A stretch of DNA of 59,684 nt, taken from assembly GCA_049650705.1 (NCBI GenBank), contig JBASAR010000035.1, forward strand, positions 1 through 59,684, read 5' to 3'. Positions 31,065-41,636 of this stretch are shown here, in pieces (the first letter of the stretch is position 1; each line of letters begins with the position of its first letter). Origin of the DNA: Pontixanthobacter sp. (GTDB lineage Bacteria; Pseudomonadota; Alphaproteobacteria; Sphingomonadales; Sphingomonadaceae). The notes under the pieces are model-generated. The model had not been told where the DNA came from. It searched no databases and saw only the letters and a list, made by a program, of their open reading frames with translations. Made by a program: the position numbers and the translations under genes.

Positions 31065-31498
31065 AGAATATCGCGATTTTTACCGACGGCGCCTGCAAGG
31101 GCAATCCCGGCCCCGGGGGCTGGGGAGCAATTCTGCGAATGGGGGAACACGAGAAGGAGCTGTCCGGCGGCGATCCCGACACGACCAACAATCGCATGGA
31201 AATGACGGCAGTAATCAGGGCGTTGGAGGCACTGACCGAACCCTGCGCGGTCGATCTCTATTCGGACAGCAAGTACGTCCTCGATGGGATTACCAAATGG
31301 GTCCATGGTTGGAAGAAACGCGGCTGGGTCAATGCCAGCAAGAAACCGGTCCGCAATGCAGATCTATGGCATGCGATGATCGACGCCGCGGAACGGCACG
31401 AGATCGAATGGCACTGGGTCAAAGGCCATTCGGGCCATCCCGAAAACGAACGCGCAGACCGTTTGGCGAGCGACGAAGCGGATGCCGCACGGGATTGA
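31061..31498 (+). CDS. rnhA: Ribonuclease HI
   Basis: [44 protein letters not shown]. Confidence 0.97.
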   Translation: MKNIAIFTDGACKGNPGPGGWGAILRMGEHEKELSGGDPDTTNNRMEMTAVIRALEALTEPCAVDLYSDSKYVLDGITKWVHGWKKRGWVNASKKPVRNADLWHAMIDAAERHEIEWHWVKGHSGHPENERADRLASDEADAARD

Positions 31499-31503
31499 AG
31501 CCT

Positions 31504-32595
31504 TCATGCGAAGCGCGCGGGTGAAAAGGTTTCAGCATCGATAGTGCCAACTTCGACCGTGCCGGCACCACCGATCAATTGCCGTGCCAGCAGAGATGCG
31601 GCTGCAGGGGCTGTCTGGATACCGAACCCGCCCTGCCCGGCGCACCAGATGAAGGACGGTTCGCGCGGATCGCGGCCATAGATCGGCAGACGATCAGGCG
31701 CGAAACTGCGCAACCCCGCCCAGCGGCGTTCGACGTGATCGACGCGCCAGTTCATGACCGTTTCCAGCCGTGCGATCGCCTCCGCCACGGCCAGTTCTTC
31801 GGGCGCGCTGTCGCAGGGTGCCGACGGCGCCTCGTCATGCGGGCTGAGCCATAATTTGCCGTTCTCCGGCTTGAAATAAAACCCACCGCCAATGTCGAGG
31901 ACCAGCGGCATATCAGCGGGCGGCGCCGGGCTCGTGCGGAGCTGGACGACCGTCCGCCGATAGGGTGCGATCGGGATAGGCGAAACGTCCGCCAATACCG
32001 CGATCTCGCGTGCCCATGCGCCCGCTGCATCGATGATTTGGTGCGCATGATATAGGCGGCCGTCCTGCGCCGCCAATGTCCACAATCCGCCGGATCGCGC
32101 GATAGACGTCAGGCGCGCGCCGGTTTCTAGCCATGCCCCCTTCGCCCGGGCGATTGCGAGATAATACGCGTGAAGCCCGCCGACATCGATATCCGCACAG
32201 CCCGGTTGCCATATCCCATCGATCCAATCGGCTTTGAGCCGCGGTAATCTGCTTACTAAAGCCGGGCGGTTCAGCCGCTGCAGGCGCGTTCCGGCGGGGC
32301 GGTGCTGCGCGATGTGACGGTCCAATGCGTCCCGATCGATGTCGCGGCCGACATAGATGGCCCCCCGGCGGTGGAGAAAACCGTTTTCATCTAGAAACGC
32401 TTCGGATGCGCGTGTCAGGGGTGCGATTGCCGGGCCGCCATAGGTTTCTTCCCAGAACGCGGCGGATCGGCCGGTGGCATGGTATCCCGGATGCGCTTCC
32501 GCCTCCACCAACGCGACTGTCGCATAGGGCGCGAGTTCCGCCGCGATACTCGCACCGGCGATGCCCGCTCCCACGATCGCGAAATCGAAAATCAC
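31504..32595 (-). CDS. FAD-dependent oxidoreductase (DAO family)
   Basis: IVGAGIAG, HATGRSAA, AAGAW, WAGLRSFAPDRLP, GQGGFGIQTAPA. Confidence 0.9.
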   Translation of the reverse strand: MIFDFAIVGAGIAGASIAAELAPYATVALVEAEAHPGYHATGRSAAFWEETYGGPAIAPLTRASEAFLDENGFLHRRGAIYVGRDIDRDALDRHIAQHRPAGTRLQRLNRPALVSRLPRLKADWIDGIWQPGCADIDVGGLHAYYLAIARAKGAWLETGARLTSIARSGGLWTLAAQDGRLYHAHQIIDAAGAWAREIAVLADVSPIPIAPYRRTVVQLRTSPAPPADMPLVLDIGGGFYFKPENGKLWLSPHDEAPSAPCDSAPEELAVAEAIARLETVMNWRVDHVERRWAGLRSFAPDRLPIYGRDPREPSFIWCAGQGGFGIQTAPAAASLLARQLIGGAGTVEVGTIDAETFSPARFA

Positions 32596-33569
32596 TTCGG
32601 CGCGACGTCGTCCAGGAACCGGGCGATCGCCGCCATGGCCCGGTCGCGTACCGCGTCGACCTCACGCAGGAGCTCATGCCGGGCCTCGTCTCCGAACGCC
32701 AGCAACGCGCCATTGGGAAGGCGGTTCGCCGCGCGTTCGATGGCCGCCATATCAACCAGCCGGTCATTGGACGTGGCGATCAGCAGTACGGGCGTGTCGA
32801 CCTGTTCGAGCAGGCCGGGCGCGAAAACGGCCCCCATGGAGACATAGGCCCGCTCCACCCAGCCCCAACTGCCCGGCCCCATGACCAATTGCGGGCGATG
32901 GTCGCGCCAAAACAGTTCATCGGCATATCGATCCGCATCGTGTGTCAGCAGGTTGATCCGGTCCAGTGGCATCTCGCCGGGTTTCTCGCTCCATTTCCAG
33001 GCCGGCGTGGTCGCCCCCCTCAACCGTTTCATCATACGCGCCGCGCCATGCATGATGCGGTGGGGCAACTTGGCACCGGTAAATTCCAGCATGGGGGCGC
33101 TCAAAATCGCGGCGGCCGGCGCGATACGCCTTTCGGCAAGCGCGCGCAGAACCAGATGGCCACCCATCGAATGACCCGCCACGATATGCGGTCCCGGTGT
33201 TTCCGTGATCCACTGCGCCCAGAACTGTGCGAGATCGTCCACCCAGTCGCCGAAATCGTCGACATGGCCCGTTATTCCGTCCGCGCCGAGCCGGCCGGAC
33301 CCCGCCTGTCCTCGCCAGTCCGCACCCGTGACGTACCAGCCTGCCCGATGCCATTCATGCAGCGTTTCGAGATATTTTTCGTAAGCGTCGCCACGTCCGG
33401 GTAGAAACAGGATGGCCCCGCGCGCGTTCGAAACCGGCGCCCAGTCGATCCGCCGTATTGCGTGCCCGTCGCTCGCGATCCAAACACTTTCGCGGGCGGC
33501 CGCGGGAATGGCGCGCCGGTCGAACGTCTCGCCTGCCTGCGGCCGGTTGCGCGCCTCGCCTGCGTTCAC
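32592..33569 (-). CDS. Alpha/beta hydrolase (lysophospholipase L2-like)
   Basis: PGRGD.YEKY, DWRGQAGS, nucleophile GHSMGG, ARHELLRE. Confidence 0.88.
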   Translation of the reverse strand: MNAGEARNRPQAGETFDRRAIPAAARESVWIASDGHAIRRIDWAPVSNARGAILFLPGRGDAYEKYLETLHEWHRAGWYVTGADWRGQAGSGRLGADGITGHVDDFGDWVDDLAQFWAQWITETPGPHIVAGHSMGGHLVLRALAERRIAPAAAILSAPMLEFTGAKLPHRIMHGAARMMKRLRGATTPAWKWSEKPGEMPLDRINLLTHDADRYADELFWRDHRPQLVMGPGSWGWVERAYVSMGAVFAPGLLEQVDTPVLLIATSNDRLVDMAAIERAANRLPNGALLAFGDEARHELLREVDAVRDRAMAAIARFLDDVAPK

Positions 33570-33659
33570 GTGACTAATACCGCCCTCCTGCTCATGGTTA
33601 CTATTTGGTAAGGCCTGCCCTGTAGCACGCCGTTCTGACGATCAATCGAAGGGGCGGTC

Positions 33660-34151
33660 ATGGACGGGACGATGTTTCAATACGGTTTGCTGATTGCCTT
33701 GGCAATCGCGCTGCTGGTGGCGGCGTTCACCGATATGCGGCGGCGGCAGATCGACAATTGGCTGACCGGGGCCGTGGCCCTGACCGCGCCGTTATGGTGG
33801 TGGGCGAGTGACCTGGCCCTGTGGCCCGACGTCGCGCTTCAGCTGGGCGTTGCGCTTCTTTCCTTCGTCATTCTGGCGGGACTGTTCGCCCTGCGCGCCA
33901 TGGGCGGCGGCGACGTGAAACTGATCGCGGCACTGGCGCTGTGGATCGAGCCCGAGCTTTTTCTGCGGTTGCTGATCGTGATGGCGCTGGTCGGCGGGGC
34001 GATGACCATAATTCTGGGCATGTACCACATCACGCGGCGCGAACGCGACAAGCTGAAAATTCCTTACGGCATCGCGATCGCGATGGGCGGTCTGTACGTG
34101 ATCGGGGTGCATTATCTACCCCTCGCCACGATGGCCGGGACGGCGGGGTGA
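33660..34151 (+). CDS. cpaA: A24 prepilin peptidase CpaA
   Basis: TDMRRRQIDN, MGGGDVKL, IPYGIAI. Confidence 0.9.
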   Translation: MDGTMFQYGLLIALAIALLVAAFTDMRRRQIDNWLTGAVALTAPLWWWASDLALWPDVALQLGVALLSFVILAGLFALRAMGGGDVKLIAALALWIEPELFLRLLIVMALVGGAMTIILGMYHITRRERDKLKIPYGIAIAMGGLYVIGVHYLPLATMAGTAG

Positions 34152-34167
34152 ACCCGATTTTAACCAT
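34149..34167. promoter_or_regulatory. CtrA-box-like site upstream of cpaB
   Basis: TGAA-CCCGATT-TTAACCAT. Tad/Cpa pilus genes are CtrA-regulated in Caulobacter. Confidence 0.55.
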
Positions 34168-34262
34168 TCGGGCGGTAAGCCCGCAGCAATTCGAACACGC
34201 GTTTAGACATGCATTCAATTTGGGGTCTTACGACAAGACCATTTTAGGGGGCTAGGACAGCC

Positions 34263-35348
34263 ATGGATAGGAAAAAACTGGTTCTGTTGCTTGGGGCGTT
34301 GATCGTTGCGATCGGCACAGCACTGGCCGCGCGGAGCATGTTTGCCGGCGCTTCGGCCCCGCAGGTGGAGGCCGCCGCGCCTCTGGCCCAGGGGCCCAAG
34401 GTTCTGGTCGCACAGCGCGGCCTACCGGTCGGCACGATCATCACCGCAGACGCCATCGGTTACCAGATGTGGCCCGAAGAGATGGTGCAGGACGCGTATT
34501 TCATCGATGGCGAGGCCGACATGACCCAACTGCTTGGCACCGTGGTGCGCCACCCCATTACCGCCGGTGAACCGGTGACACAGGGGTCGCTGGTAAAGCC
34601 GGGCGATCACGGTTTCCTCGCCGCGGCGCTCGGCCCCGGCATGCGCGCCGTGACGGTACCCGTATCGGCCAATACCGGCGTGGGCGGCTTCGTCTTCCCG
34701 GGCGACCGGGTCGATCTGGTCCTGACGCAGACGGTCAAGGGAGAGGGCGAGTCCCTCAAGGCTTCCGAAACCATCCTGAGCAATCTTCGCGTTCTGGCGA
34801 CCGATCAATCCACGACGCAGGAAAAGAGCGAAACCGGCGATACCGTGGTTCGTGCCTTCCGCACCGTCACGCTGGAAGTGACCCCGCGCATCGCCGAAAA
34901 AGTCGCCGTGGCACAAACGATCGGCACGCTAAGCCTGTCCTTGCGGTCCATTGCCGACAACCAAAGCGAACTCGAAAAAGCGATCGCATCGGGCGATATC
35001 AAAATCCCCGACAATGCGACGCCCGAGCAGGAAGAGGCACTGCTGCGACGCGCCATGGCCCGCCCGATGGATAAAGGTGGCACCTACACCACCGGTGGCG
35101 ACGTGTCGCGGTTCCAGCGGCGTACGAAACCATCGCAGCGCGATAGCGGTTCGGGCGGAAGCCGTACCGAATACGTCCAGACCGCTGCGCCCGAACAGCG
35201 CCGCGAACCGGCGATACGGGATGCAGGACCGGCAGTACCCGCTGCCCCCTCCGGCCCGATGGTCCGGGTGACCCGCGGCAAGCAAACCGAAGCCGTCCCG
35301 GTCGATCGGGGTGCAGGTTCCACCCCCGGCCAGATCCGGGAAGATTGA
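34263..35348 (+). CDS. cpaB: Flp pilus assembly protein CpaB
   Basis: SAF domain, LGPGMRAVTVPV, GGFVFPGDRVDLV, NLRVLATDQ, LSLSLRS. Confidence 0.93.
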   Translation: MDRKKLVLLLGALIVAIGTALAARSMFAGASAPQVEAAAPLAQGPKVLVAQRGLPVGTIITADAIGYQMWPEEMVQDAYFIDGEADMTQLLGTVVRHPITAGEPVTQGSLVKPGDHGFLAAALGPGMRAVTVPVSANTGVGGFVFPGDRVDLVLTQTVKGEGESLKASETILSNLRVLATDQSTTQEKSETGDTVVRAFRTVTLEVTPRIAEKVAVAQTIGTLSLSLRSIADNQSELEKAIASGDIKIPDNATPEQEEALLRRAMARPMDKGGTYTTGGDVSRFQRRTKPSQRDSGSGGSRTEYVQTAAPEQRREPAIRDAGPAVPAAPSGPMVRVTRGKQTEAVPVDRGAGSTPGQIRED

Positions 35349-35421
35349 GGCCGTCATGCACACCGCGCACATTCACTCACGGACCCGTCCGGCATTCCGG
35401 GCCTACATAAGGGGCAATTCG

Positions 35422-37053
35422 ATGAAACGCCTTACTGCAACATTGCTGATGGGCGGGATCGCCATGGCGCCGCTCGCGACCATTCCGGTTCAATCCGCCA
35501 ATGCGCAATCGGTCGTCCGGCCCGCATCCACCGTCGTCCTGTCGATCGGCAGAGGCGAACTGGTGACCGTTCCCGGCGCGATGACCGATGTGTTCGTCGC
35601 CAACGATACGATCGCCGACGTGCAGATCAAATCGACCCGGCAGTTGTACGTGTTCGGCAAAGCGGGCGGCGAGACCACGATCTACGCCAGCAACGCGGCC
35701 GGCGATATCGTGTGGTCGTCCAACATCCGGGTTGGATCGAACATCGACAGCGTTGATCAGATGCTGAATCTCGCCATGCCCGAAGCCAAGGTCAGCGTCG
35801 CCACGATGGGCGTGAACACCGTGCTGCTGACCGGCACCGTGGCCGCCCCCGAAGATGCGTCCGAAGCCGAACGGCTGGTCCAGGCGTTTCTGGGCGAGGA
35901 TGCGAACGTCATCAGCCGCCTCAAAATGGCGACACCTCTGCAGGTCAATCTGCGCGTGCGGTTTGCTGAAGTCAGCCGGTCGCTCGTCCGCCAGCTGGGG
36001 GTCAATCTGACCAGTATCGATACAACCAGCGGCATTCAGGGCGGTGTCGGCCAAGGGCGGCCGGGAACCTTCGCCGGCTTCCGACCGAATTCCGCCACGT
36101 CGGTCGGTGGCGAAGTTCTGGTTCGTGTACCCAATCCCGATTTCAACCCCGCATTGCCCATTTCCAACGGCAATCCGTTCACGATCGAAGTTGCGGGCAG
36201 TTCGATCAATCCTATCGCTTCGGGATCGACTTTCGCTTTGGCAGGCGAATTTCTTGGCCTCGATCTACTCGGGGCTTTGGATTTGGCAGAAACCAACGGG
36301 CTCGTCACCACTCTGTCACAGCCCAACCTGACCGCCCTGTCGGGTGAAACGGCGGATTTCCTGGCGGGCGGCGAGTTTCCCATCCCCGTCAGTCAGGGGC
36401 TGGGCACCACGACGATCGAATACCGCAAATTCGGAGTCAGCCTGGCCTACACGCCCACCGTACTGGCCAATGGCCGTATATCCATGCGGGTCCGGCCCGA
36501 AGTGTCGGAATTGTCAGCCCAAGGTGCGGTGACGCTGAACGGGTTCCAGGTTCCCGCCCTCACGGTTCGTCGCGCTGAAACGACGGTCGAACTGGGTTCG
36601 GGCCAGAGCTTCATGATCGCCGGATTGATGAGCAACAACGCCCAATCCTCGATCGACAAGGCCCCGGGTGTCGGCGACGTACCCATTCTGGGCAATCTGT
36701 TCCGGTCGAAGTCCTTCCGTAAGGGGGAAACCGAACTGGTCATCGTGGTCACACCGTATCTGGTGAACCCCGTGAACGATGGCGATATTCGTTTGCCGAC
36801 CGACGGTTTTCGCACAGCAAGCGAGCTTGAATCGTTGATCGGGTATCAGGAACACAGCGGTGTGTCCGGCGCGCGGCGACCCGGCCCGACCGCCGTCGAC
36901 AAGACAGCGCCGCCGCCCGCCATATCCACCGCCGATCCGCAGGGCGATCTGCCCGGCAACGAACCGGCCGCCCGCCGTGTCGAAAGCGGCGACGAATTGC
37001 GCAAATCGCGTGCCCCAGCAGCCGCGGCCGCACCCGGTTTCAATCTGAAGTGA
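35422..37053 (+). CDS. cpaC: Flp pilus secretin CpaC/RcpA
   Basis: QVNLRVRFAEVSRS, ALSGETADFLAGGEFPIP, PILGNLFRS..F...ETELVIVVTPYLV. Confidence 0.93.
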   Translation: MKRLTATLLMGGIAMAPLATIPVQSANAQSVVRPASTVVLSIGRGELVTVPGAMTDVFVANDTIADVQIKSTRQLYVFGKAGGETTIYASNAAGDIVWSSNIRVGSNIDSVDQMLNLAMPEAKVSVATMGVNTVLLTGTVAAPEDASEAERLVQAFLGEDANVISRLKMATPLQVNLRVRFAEVSRSLVRQLGVNLTSIDTTSGIQGGVGQGRPGTFAGFRPNSATSVGGEVLVRVPNPDFNPALPISNGNPFTIEVAGSSINPIASGSTFALAGEFLGLDLLGALDLAETNGLVTTLSQPNLTALSGETADFLAGGEFPIPVSQGLGTTTIEYRKFGVSLAYTPTVLANGRISMRVRPEVSELSAQGAVTLNGFQVPALTVRRAETTVELGSGQSFMIAGLMSNNAQSSIDKAPGVGDVPILGNLFRSKSFRKGETELVIVVTPYLVNPVNDGDIRLPTDGFRTASELESLIGYQEHSGVSGARRPGPTAVDKTAPPPAISTADPQGDLPGNEPAARRVESGDELRKSRAPAAAAAPGFNLK

Positions 37054-37067
37054 GGAAGGCTCCCATC

Positions 37068-37715
37068 ATGCCCAATAACCATCCCCGCACACTCGCCGGT
37101 GCCGTCGCAATCTCGCTCGGCCTGATGCTGGCCGCATGTGGCGGTATGCCGGACAATGGCAGCCTCAACAGCGTCAATCAGCCGGTAGTCGAACGCACCA
37201 ATTACACGCTCGATGTGTCGGCCGGCGCAGGCGGGCTATCCATCCCCGAACAGCAACGCGTCTCCGGCTGGTTCGATGCGATGGACCTTCGCTATGGCGA
37301 CCGCCTGTCGATCGACGATCCCATGATGAACGATGCGGTCCGCGAGAACATCGAAGTTTTGGCGGGACAGCGCGGCATTCTGGTGCAGGATGGAGCCCCG
37401 GTTACCGGCGGCTACGTTCAGCCGGGCAATGTCCGCGTGGTCCTGACCCGTTCCAGCGCCTCCGTGCCCGGTTGCCCGGATTGGAGCGCAAGTTCTGACC
37501 TCAATTACAACAACGCGACCAGCACCAATTTCGGCTGCGCGACGAACAGCAATCTGGCGGCCATGGTCGCCAATCCGGAAGACCTCATTCGCGGTCAGGC
37601 CGGGAATGGCGAGACGATCGTATCGACGTCCAACAAGGCGATCGGCAGCTATCGCGAACAGGCACCGACCGGAGAAGGCGGCCTCGCCGCTTCTGCCACC
37701 AGCGGAGGAGAATGA
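37068..37715 (+). CDS. cpaD: Pilus assembly lipoprotein CpaD
   Basis: Lipobox LAAC; CPDWS, NFGCATNSNLAAMVANPEDL. Confidence 0.9.
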   Translation: MPNNHPRTLAGAVAISLGLMLAACGGMPDNGSLNSVNQPVVERTNYTLDVSAGAGGLSIPEQQRVSGWFDAMDLRYGDRLSIDDPMMNDAVRENIEVLAGQRGILVQDGAPVTGGYVQPGNVRVVLTRSSASVPGCPDWSASSDLNYNNATSTNFGCATNSNLAAMVANPEDLIRGQAGNGETIVSTSNKAIGSYREQAPTGEGGLAASATSGGE

Positions 37716-37717
37716 GC

Positions 37718-39001
37718 ATGAACGCCCCTTGGAAACCCAACGGATCCGGCAATCGCGATCCATTCGCCGCCTTCATCTGCGACGAATCCGCGCTCGACGT
37801 GCTTCGCCCCGTCATCGTGGAAATGGGCTGGCAGCCGGAAAAATGCGCCAAGGGCGGCTTGCGCAATGCGGTTCAGTCCCTTTCGGTGGCGGCAAGCCCG
37901 AACATCCTGATGGTCGACCTATCCGAAAGCGGCGATCCCTTGAACGACATCAACTCGCTCGCCGAAGTGTGCGAGCCGGGCACGGTGGTCATTGCCATCG
38001 GGCAGGTGAACGACGTGCGCCTGTACCGCGATCTTCTGTCGAGCGGCATCCACGACTATCTGCTCAAACCCCTGTCGGCGGGCCAGCTGCGTGATTCGCT
38101 CAACCAGGCCCAGGCCGTGTTCAGTGCCCCCCGCGCGAGCGACCCCGAAACGGCAAAGCGCCATGTCTCGACCGCCGTGGTCGGAACACGCGGCGGCGTG
38201 GGAGCCTCCATGATGGCGACGTCGCTCGCGTGGCTGTTCAGCGACGATCACGCACTTCCGACCGCCCTGCTCGATCTCGACGTACATTTCGGCACCGGCG
38301 CCCTCGCCCTCGATCTGGAGCCGGGGCGCGGCCTGACCGATGCGATCGACAATCCTAGCCGGATCGATGGCCTGTTCATCGAACGCGCCATGATCCGCGC
38401 GAACGACAATCTGGCGATCCTGTCGGCCGAAGCGCCGATCAATGCCCCGTTGATGACCGATGGTTCGGCGTTCGTTCAGCTGGAGGAGGAGTTTCGCCAG
38501 TCGTTCGAAATGACCGTGATCGATCTGCCGCGCAACATGCTGATAAACTTCCCCCACTTGCTGGCGGATGTGAATGTCGTGGTGCTGGCGACGGAAATGA
38601 CGCTGGCTTCCGCGCGCGACACGATCCGCATCCTGAGCTGGCTGAAAACCAATGCCAGCCATGCGCAGCCGATCGTGGTCGCCAACAAGGTACAGAGCGG
38701 CGTCGGAGAAATCAGCAAGGCCGATTTCGAAGCATCGATCGAACGCAAGATCGATTTTTCGTTACCTTACGATATCAAGGGTGCGGCCAACTCGGCCAAG
38801 CTGGGCCAAACATTCGTCGAAGCGAACAATTCGAGCAAGCCCACCACCGTTCTCAAACAGATTGCCGAACGCATTCTGGGTGCAACGGAAGAGGATCTCG
38901 ACACCGGCGAACCGGCGAAGAAATCGTTGTTGGGCAGTTTCGATCTCAAATCCCTGCTCGCCAAGAAAGAGACCAAGAAAGATCGGGTACCGGCGCAATA
39001 G
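37718..39001 (+). CDS. cpaE: Pilus assembly protein CpaE/TadZ
   Basis: Atypical receiver domain (NDVRLYRDL..GI.DYL.KP) plus ParA-like GTRGGVGAS and LDLDVHFG. Confidence 0.92.
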   Translation: MNAPWKPNGSGNRDPFAAFICDESALDVLRPVIVEMGWQPEKCAKGGLRNAVQSLSVAASPNILMVDLSESGDPLNDINSLAEVCEPGTVVIAIGQVNDVRLYRDLLSSGIHDYLLKPLSAGQLRDSLNQAQAVFSAPRASDPETAKRHVSTAVVGTRGGVGASMMATSLAWLFSDDHALPTALLDLDVHFGTGALALDLEPGRGLTDAIDNPSRIDGLFIERAMIRANDNLAILSAEAPINAPLMTDGSAFVQLEEEFRQSFEMTVIDLPRNMLINFPHLLADVNVVVLATEMTLASARDTIRILSWLKTNASHAQPIVVANKVQSGVGEISKADFEASIERKIDFSLPYDIKGAANSAKLGQTFVEANNSSKPTTVLKQIAERILGATEEDLDTGEPAKKSLLGSFDLKSLLAKKETKKDRVPAQ

Positions 39002-39092
39002 TCCACCGAGCGACCGTGTCCAATGTGGGGCACGACCATTCCGGTGGTGGAAAGCCGCTGCGAGGCCCCCTTTCGAAAGGCAGTAAACGCGT

Positions 39093-40064
39093 ATGACAAT
39101 CCTTCAGATCCTGTTGGTCGCCGGCGGCCTGATGACCCTGATGGTTCTGGGCTATGCGCTATTGTCCGGACCGAATGCGTATAAGGAAAGTCAGCGACGG
39201 CTGGATGCGCTGCGTTTTCGTCATTCGGACAGCACCGACAGCAAGGTGGAATCGCAATTCAAGAAAGCGATCGCGTCGCGCAAACCGCGGCTGCAGCACG
39301 CCGCCACCCAAAAGACGCGCAGCCAGACCCTTGCCATCCGGTTGGACCGGACCGGCAAGAACTGGTCCGTCAGCCAATATCTCTATGCCTCGCTGGGGTT
39401 GGCGCTGGCGATCGCGACGGTGGTCTATCTGCGCACGGGTGCACCGTTGCTATCGATGGGCGTGGGCCTGTTCGTCGGCGCGGGATTGCCGCATTTCATC
39501 GTGAATTTTCACATGAACCGCCGCACCAACAAGTTCAACGCGAAGTTCCCGGACGCGATCGAGCTGCTCGTGCGCGGTCTGCGGTCCGGCCTGCCGGTTA
39601 CCGAAACGCTGGCGGTGGTCGCATCCGAAGTGCCAGGTCCCGTGGGGCAGGAATTCAAGGGCATCGTCGAACGGATCAAGATCGGCCGTTCGATGGAGGA
39701 ATCGTTGCAGGAGACGGCGGACAGGCTGGGCATTCCCGAATTCAATTTCTTCTGCATCACCCTGGCGATCCAGCGCGAAACCGGGGGCAACCTGGCGGAA
39801 ACGCTGTCCAACCTGTCAGACGTATTGCGCAAACGGTCGCAGATGAAACTGAAAATTCGGGCCATGAGTTCGGAATCGAAGGCGTCGGCCTACATCGTGG
39901 GTGCCCTGCCCTTCATCGTGTTCGGCATGATCTACTGGATCAACCCCGATTACGTAGGCGGTTTCTTCGAGGAAGAACGGCTGATCGTCATCGGTCTCGG
40001 CGGTCTCACCTGGATGTCCATCGGCGCCTTCATCATGGCCAAGATGGTCAGTTTCGAAATTTGA
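39093..40064 (+). CDS. tadB: Type II secretion F-family Tad protein TadB
   Basis: FPDAIELLVRGLRSGLP, IQRETGGNLAETL, AMSSESKASA. Confidence 0.92.
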   Translation: MTILQILLVAGGLMTLMVLGYALLSGPNAYKESQRRLDALRFRHSDSTDSKVESQFKKAIASRKPRLQHAATQKTRSQTLAIRLDRTGKNWSVSQYLYASLGLALAIATVVYLRTGAPLLSMGVGLFVGAGLPHFIVNFHMNRRTNKFNAKFPDAIELLVRGLRSGLPVTETLAVVASEVPGPVGQEFKGIVERIKIGRSMEESLQETADRLGIPEFNFFCITLAIQRETGGNLAETLSNLSDVLRKRSQMKLKIRAMSSESKASAYIVGALPFIVFGMIYWINPDYVGGFFEEERLIVIGLGGLTWMSIGAFIMAKMVSFEI

Positions 40065-40080
40065 GCGGGGACCGATAATC

Positions 40081-41091
40081 ATGTTGCAACAAGCTTCCGG
40101 CCCCACTTTGCTCGGCGTCGACCTCATCTTCATCGGGACCGTCCTGGTCGGCGTCGCCTCGCTTGCCGTGATCATGGCGATCTATGCGGCCGTCACCGTG
40201 CGCGATCCGATGGCGAAACGCGTGAAGGCGTTGAGCGAACGGCGCGATCAGCTGAAGGCCGGCATCGTCACGTCGTCGGCGAAGAAACGCACAAGCCTGG
40301 TCCGCAAGACCGACAAGACCGAAAAAATGAAAGACACGCTGGCCGGCATGAAAGTGCTGCAGGACAGTCAGGTCGCGGTCATTCAGCAGAAGCTGGCCCA
40401 TGCCGGTATCCGCAACAAGGAATTTGCAACCTACGTCATTGCCGCCCGACTGGTCTTGCCTTTGATCCTGGGCGGGCTCGGGTTCCTAACGATCTACGTC
40501 ATCGATTATTTTCCCGACTGGGGCAGTGCGAAGCGGATCGGTGCGTTCGCCGTGCTGTTGTTCATTGGCTACAAGGGCCCTGAAATCTACCTCAAGAACA
40601 AAGCGAAGAAGCGCACCGATCTTATTCGTAAAGGTTTGCCCGACGCGCTCGATCTGCTGGTCATCTGCGCCGAAGCCGGCCTGACCGTCGATGCCGCGTT
40701 CAACCGGGTGGCGAAGGAACTAGGGCGCGCCTATCCCGAATTGGGCGACGAATTCGCGCTGACGGCGATCGAACTGTCCTTCCTTACCGAACGTAAGCAG
40801 GCGTTCGACAATCTCGCCTATCGCGTCGATCTGGACTCGGTAGCCGGCGTGGTCACGACCATGGTCCAAACCGAACGCTACGGTACGCCGCTTGCGTCGG
40901 CGTTGCGGGTGCTGTCGGCGGAATTCCGTAACGAACGCATGATGCGCGCGGAAGAGAAGGCGGCGCGACTTCCGGCGATCATGACCATCCCGCTCATCCT
41001 GTTCATCCTGCCCGTCTTGTTCATCGTTATTCTTGGCCCGGCGGCCTGTTCGATCAGCGATGCGTTTGCGGCCAAACCCGGGGGCGAGTAG
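40081..41091 (+). CDS. tadC: Type II secretion F-family Tad protein TadC
   Basis: LPDALDLLVICAEAGL, QTERYGTPLA, AEEKAARLPA.MTIPLILFILP. Confidence 0.92.
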   Translation: MLQQASGPTLLGVDLIFIGTVLVGVASLAVIMAIYAAVTVRDPMAKRVKALSERRDQLKAGIVTSSAKKRTSLVRKTDKTEKMKDTLAGMKVLQDSQVAVIQQKLAHAGIRNKEFATYVIAARLVLPLILGGLGFLTIYVIDYFPDWGSAKRIGAFAVLLFIGYKGPEIYLKNKAKKRTDLIRKGLPDALDLLVICAEAGLTVDAAFNRVAKELGRAYPELGDEFALTAIELSFLTERKQAFDNLAYRVDLDSVAGVVTTMVQTERYGTPLASALRVLSAEFRNERMMRAEEKAARLPAIMTIPLILFILPVLFIVILGPAACSISDAFAAKPGGE

Positions 41092-41142
41092 CCGGAACGA
41101 CGATTGGGCGGGCTGTCGCGCATCGACGCCAAGGCCCGCCGA

Positions 41143-41580
41143 TCAGCTCGCATGATCGCGCATGCGGGCCAGCAGATCGCGCAGCATCTGCTGCTGTTCC
41201 TGCGTCATCAGGGCCAGCAGATCGCGCTCCGCCCCCTTGGCCAGCGGGACGATCGCATCGTACATCGCCTGCCCCTCTTCCGTCAGTTCGAGATGGTGGG
41301 AGCGGCCATCGCGCTGGTTCGGCACCCGCCGTGCAAGCGATTTCGCCTCCAGCGATTTACAGGCGCGGTTGACCGCAACCTTGTCCATCAATGTGCGCGC
41401 TGTCAGCTCGCGCTGCGTTTGCGCCCCGGCATCGCCCAACATCGCCATGACGCGCCATTCGGTCACCTTGAGACCGAATTCGCCCTGATAGACGCGCGCG
41501 ATCCGCATACTGACCGCATTGGATGCGACCGACAGTTGATAGGGCAGGAAGCCGGCGAGGTTGAAGCCGTCCTTGTCCAT
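41143..41580 (-). CDS. MarR family transcriptional regulator
   Basis: FLPYQLSV, EWRVMA, MDKVAVNRA, DGRS..LELTEEG winged helix. Confidence 0.9.
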   Translation of the reverse strand: MDKDGFNLAGFLPYQLSVASNAVSMRIARVYQGEFGLKVTEWRVMAMLGDAGAQTQRELTARTLMDKVAVNRACKSLEAKSLARRVPNQRDGRSHHLELTEEGQAMYDAIVPLAKGAERDLLALMTQEQQQMLRDLLARMRDHAS

Positions 41581-41589
41581 GGGTTATGA

Positions 41590-41601
41590 TTTCACCTGAA
41601 A
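41590..41601. promoter_or_regulatory. Probable MarR autoregulatory operator
   Basis: Perfect palindrome TTTCA-CC-TGAAA 10-21 bp upstream of the MarR start. Confidence 0.5.
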
Positions 41602-41636
41602 CCGGTTCGCTTGGCAAGCGCAAAGCGGATGCGCGG

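Noticed and set aside
33594..33612. CtrA-like site upstream of cpaA
   Set aside because: Only a GTAACCAT half-site with off-consensus spacing; too weak to call.
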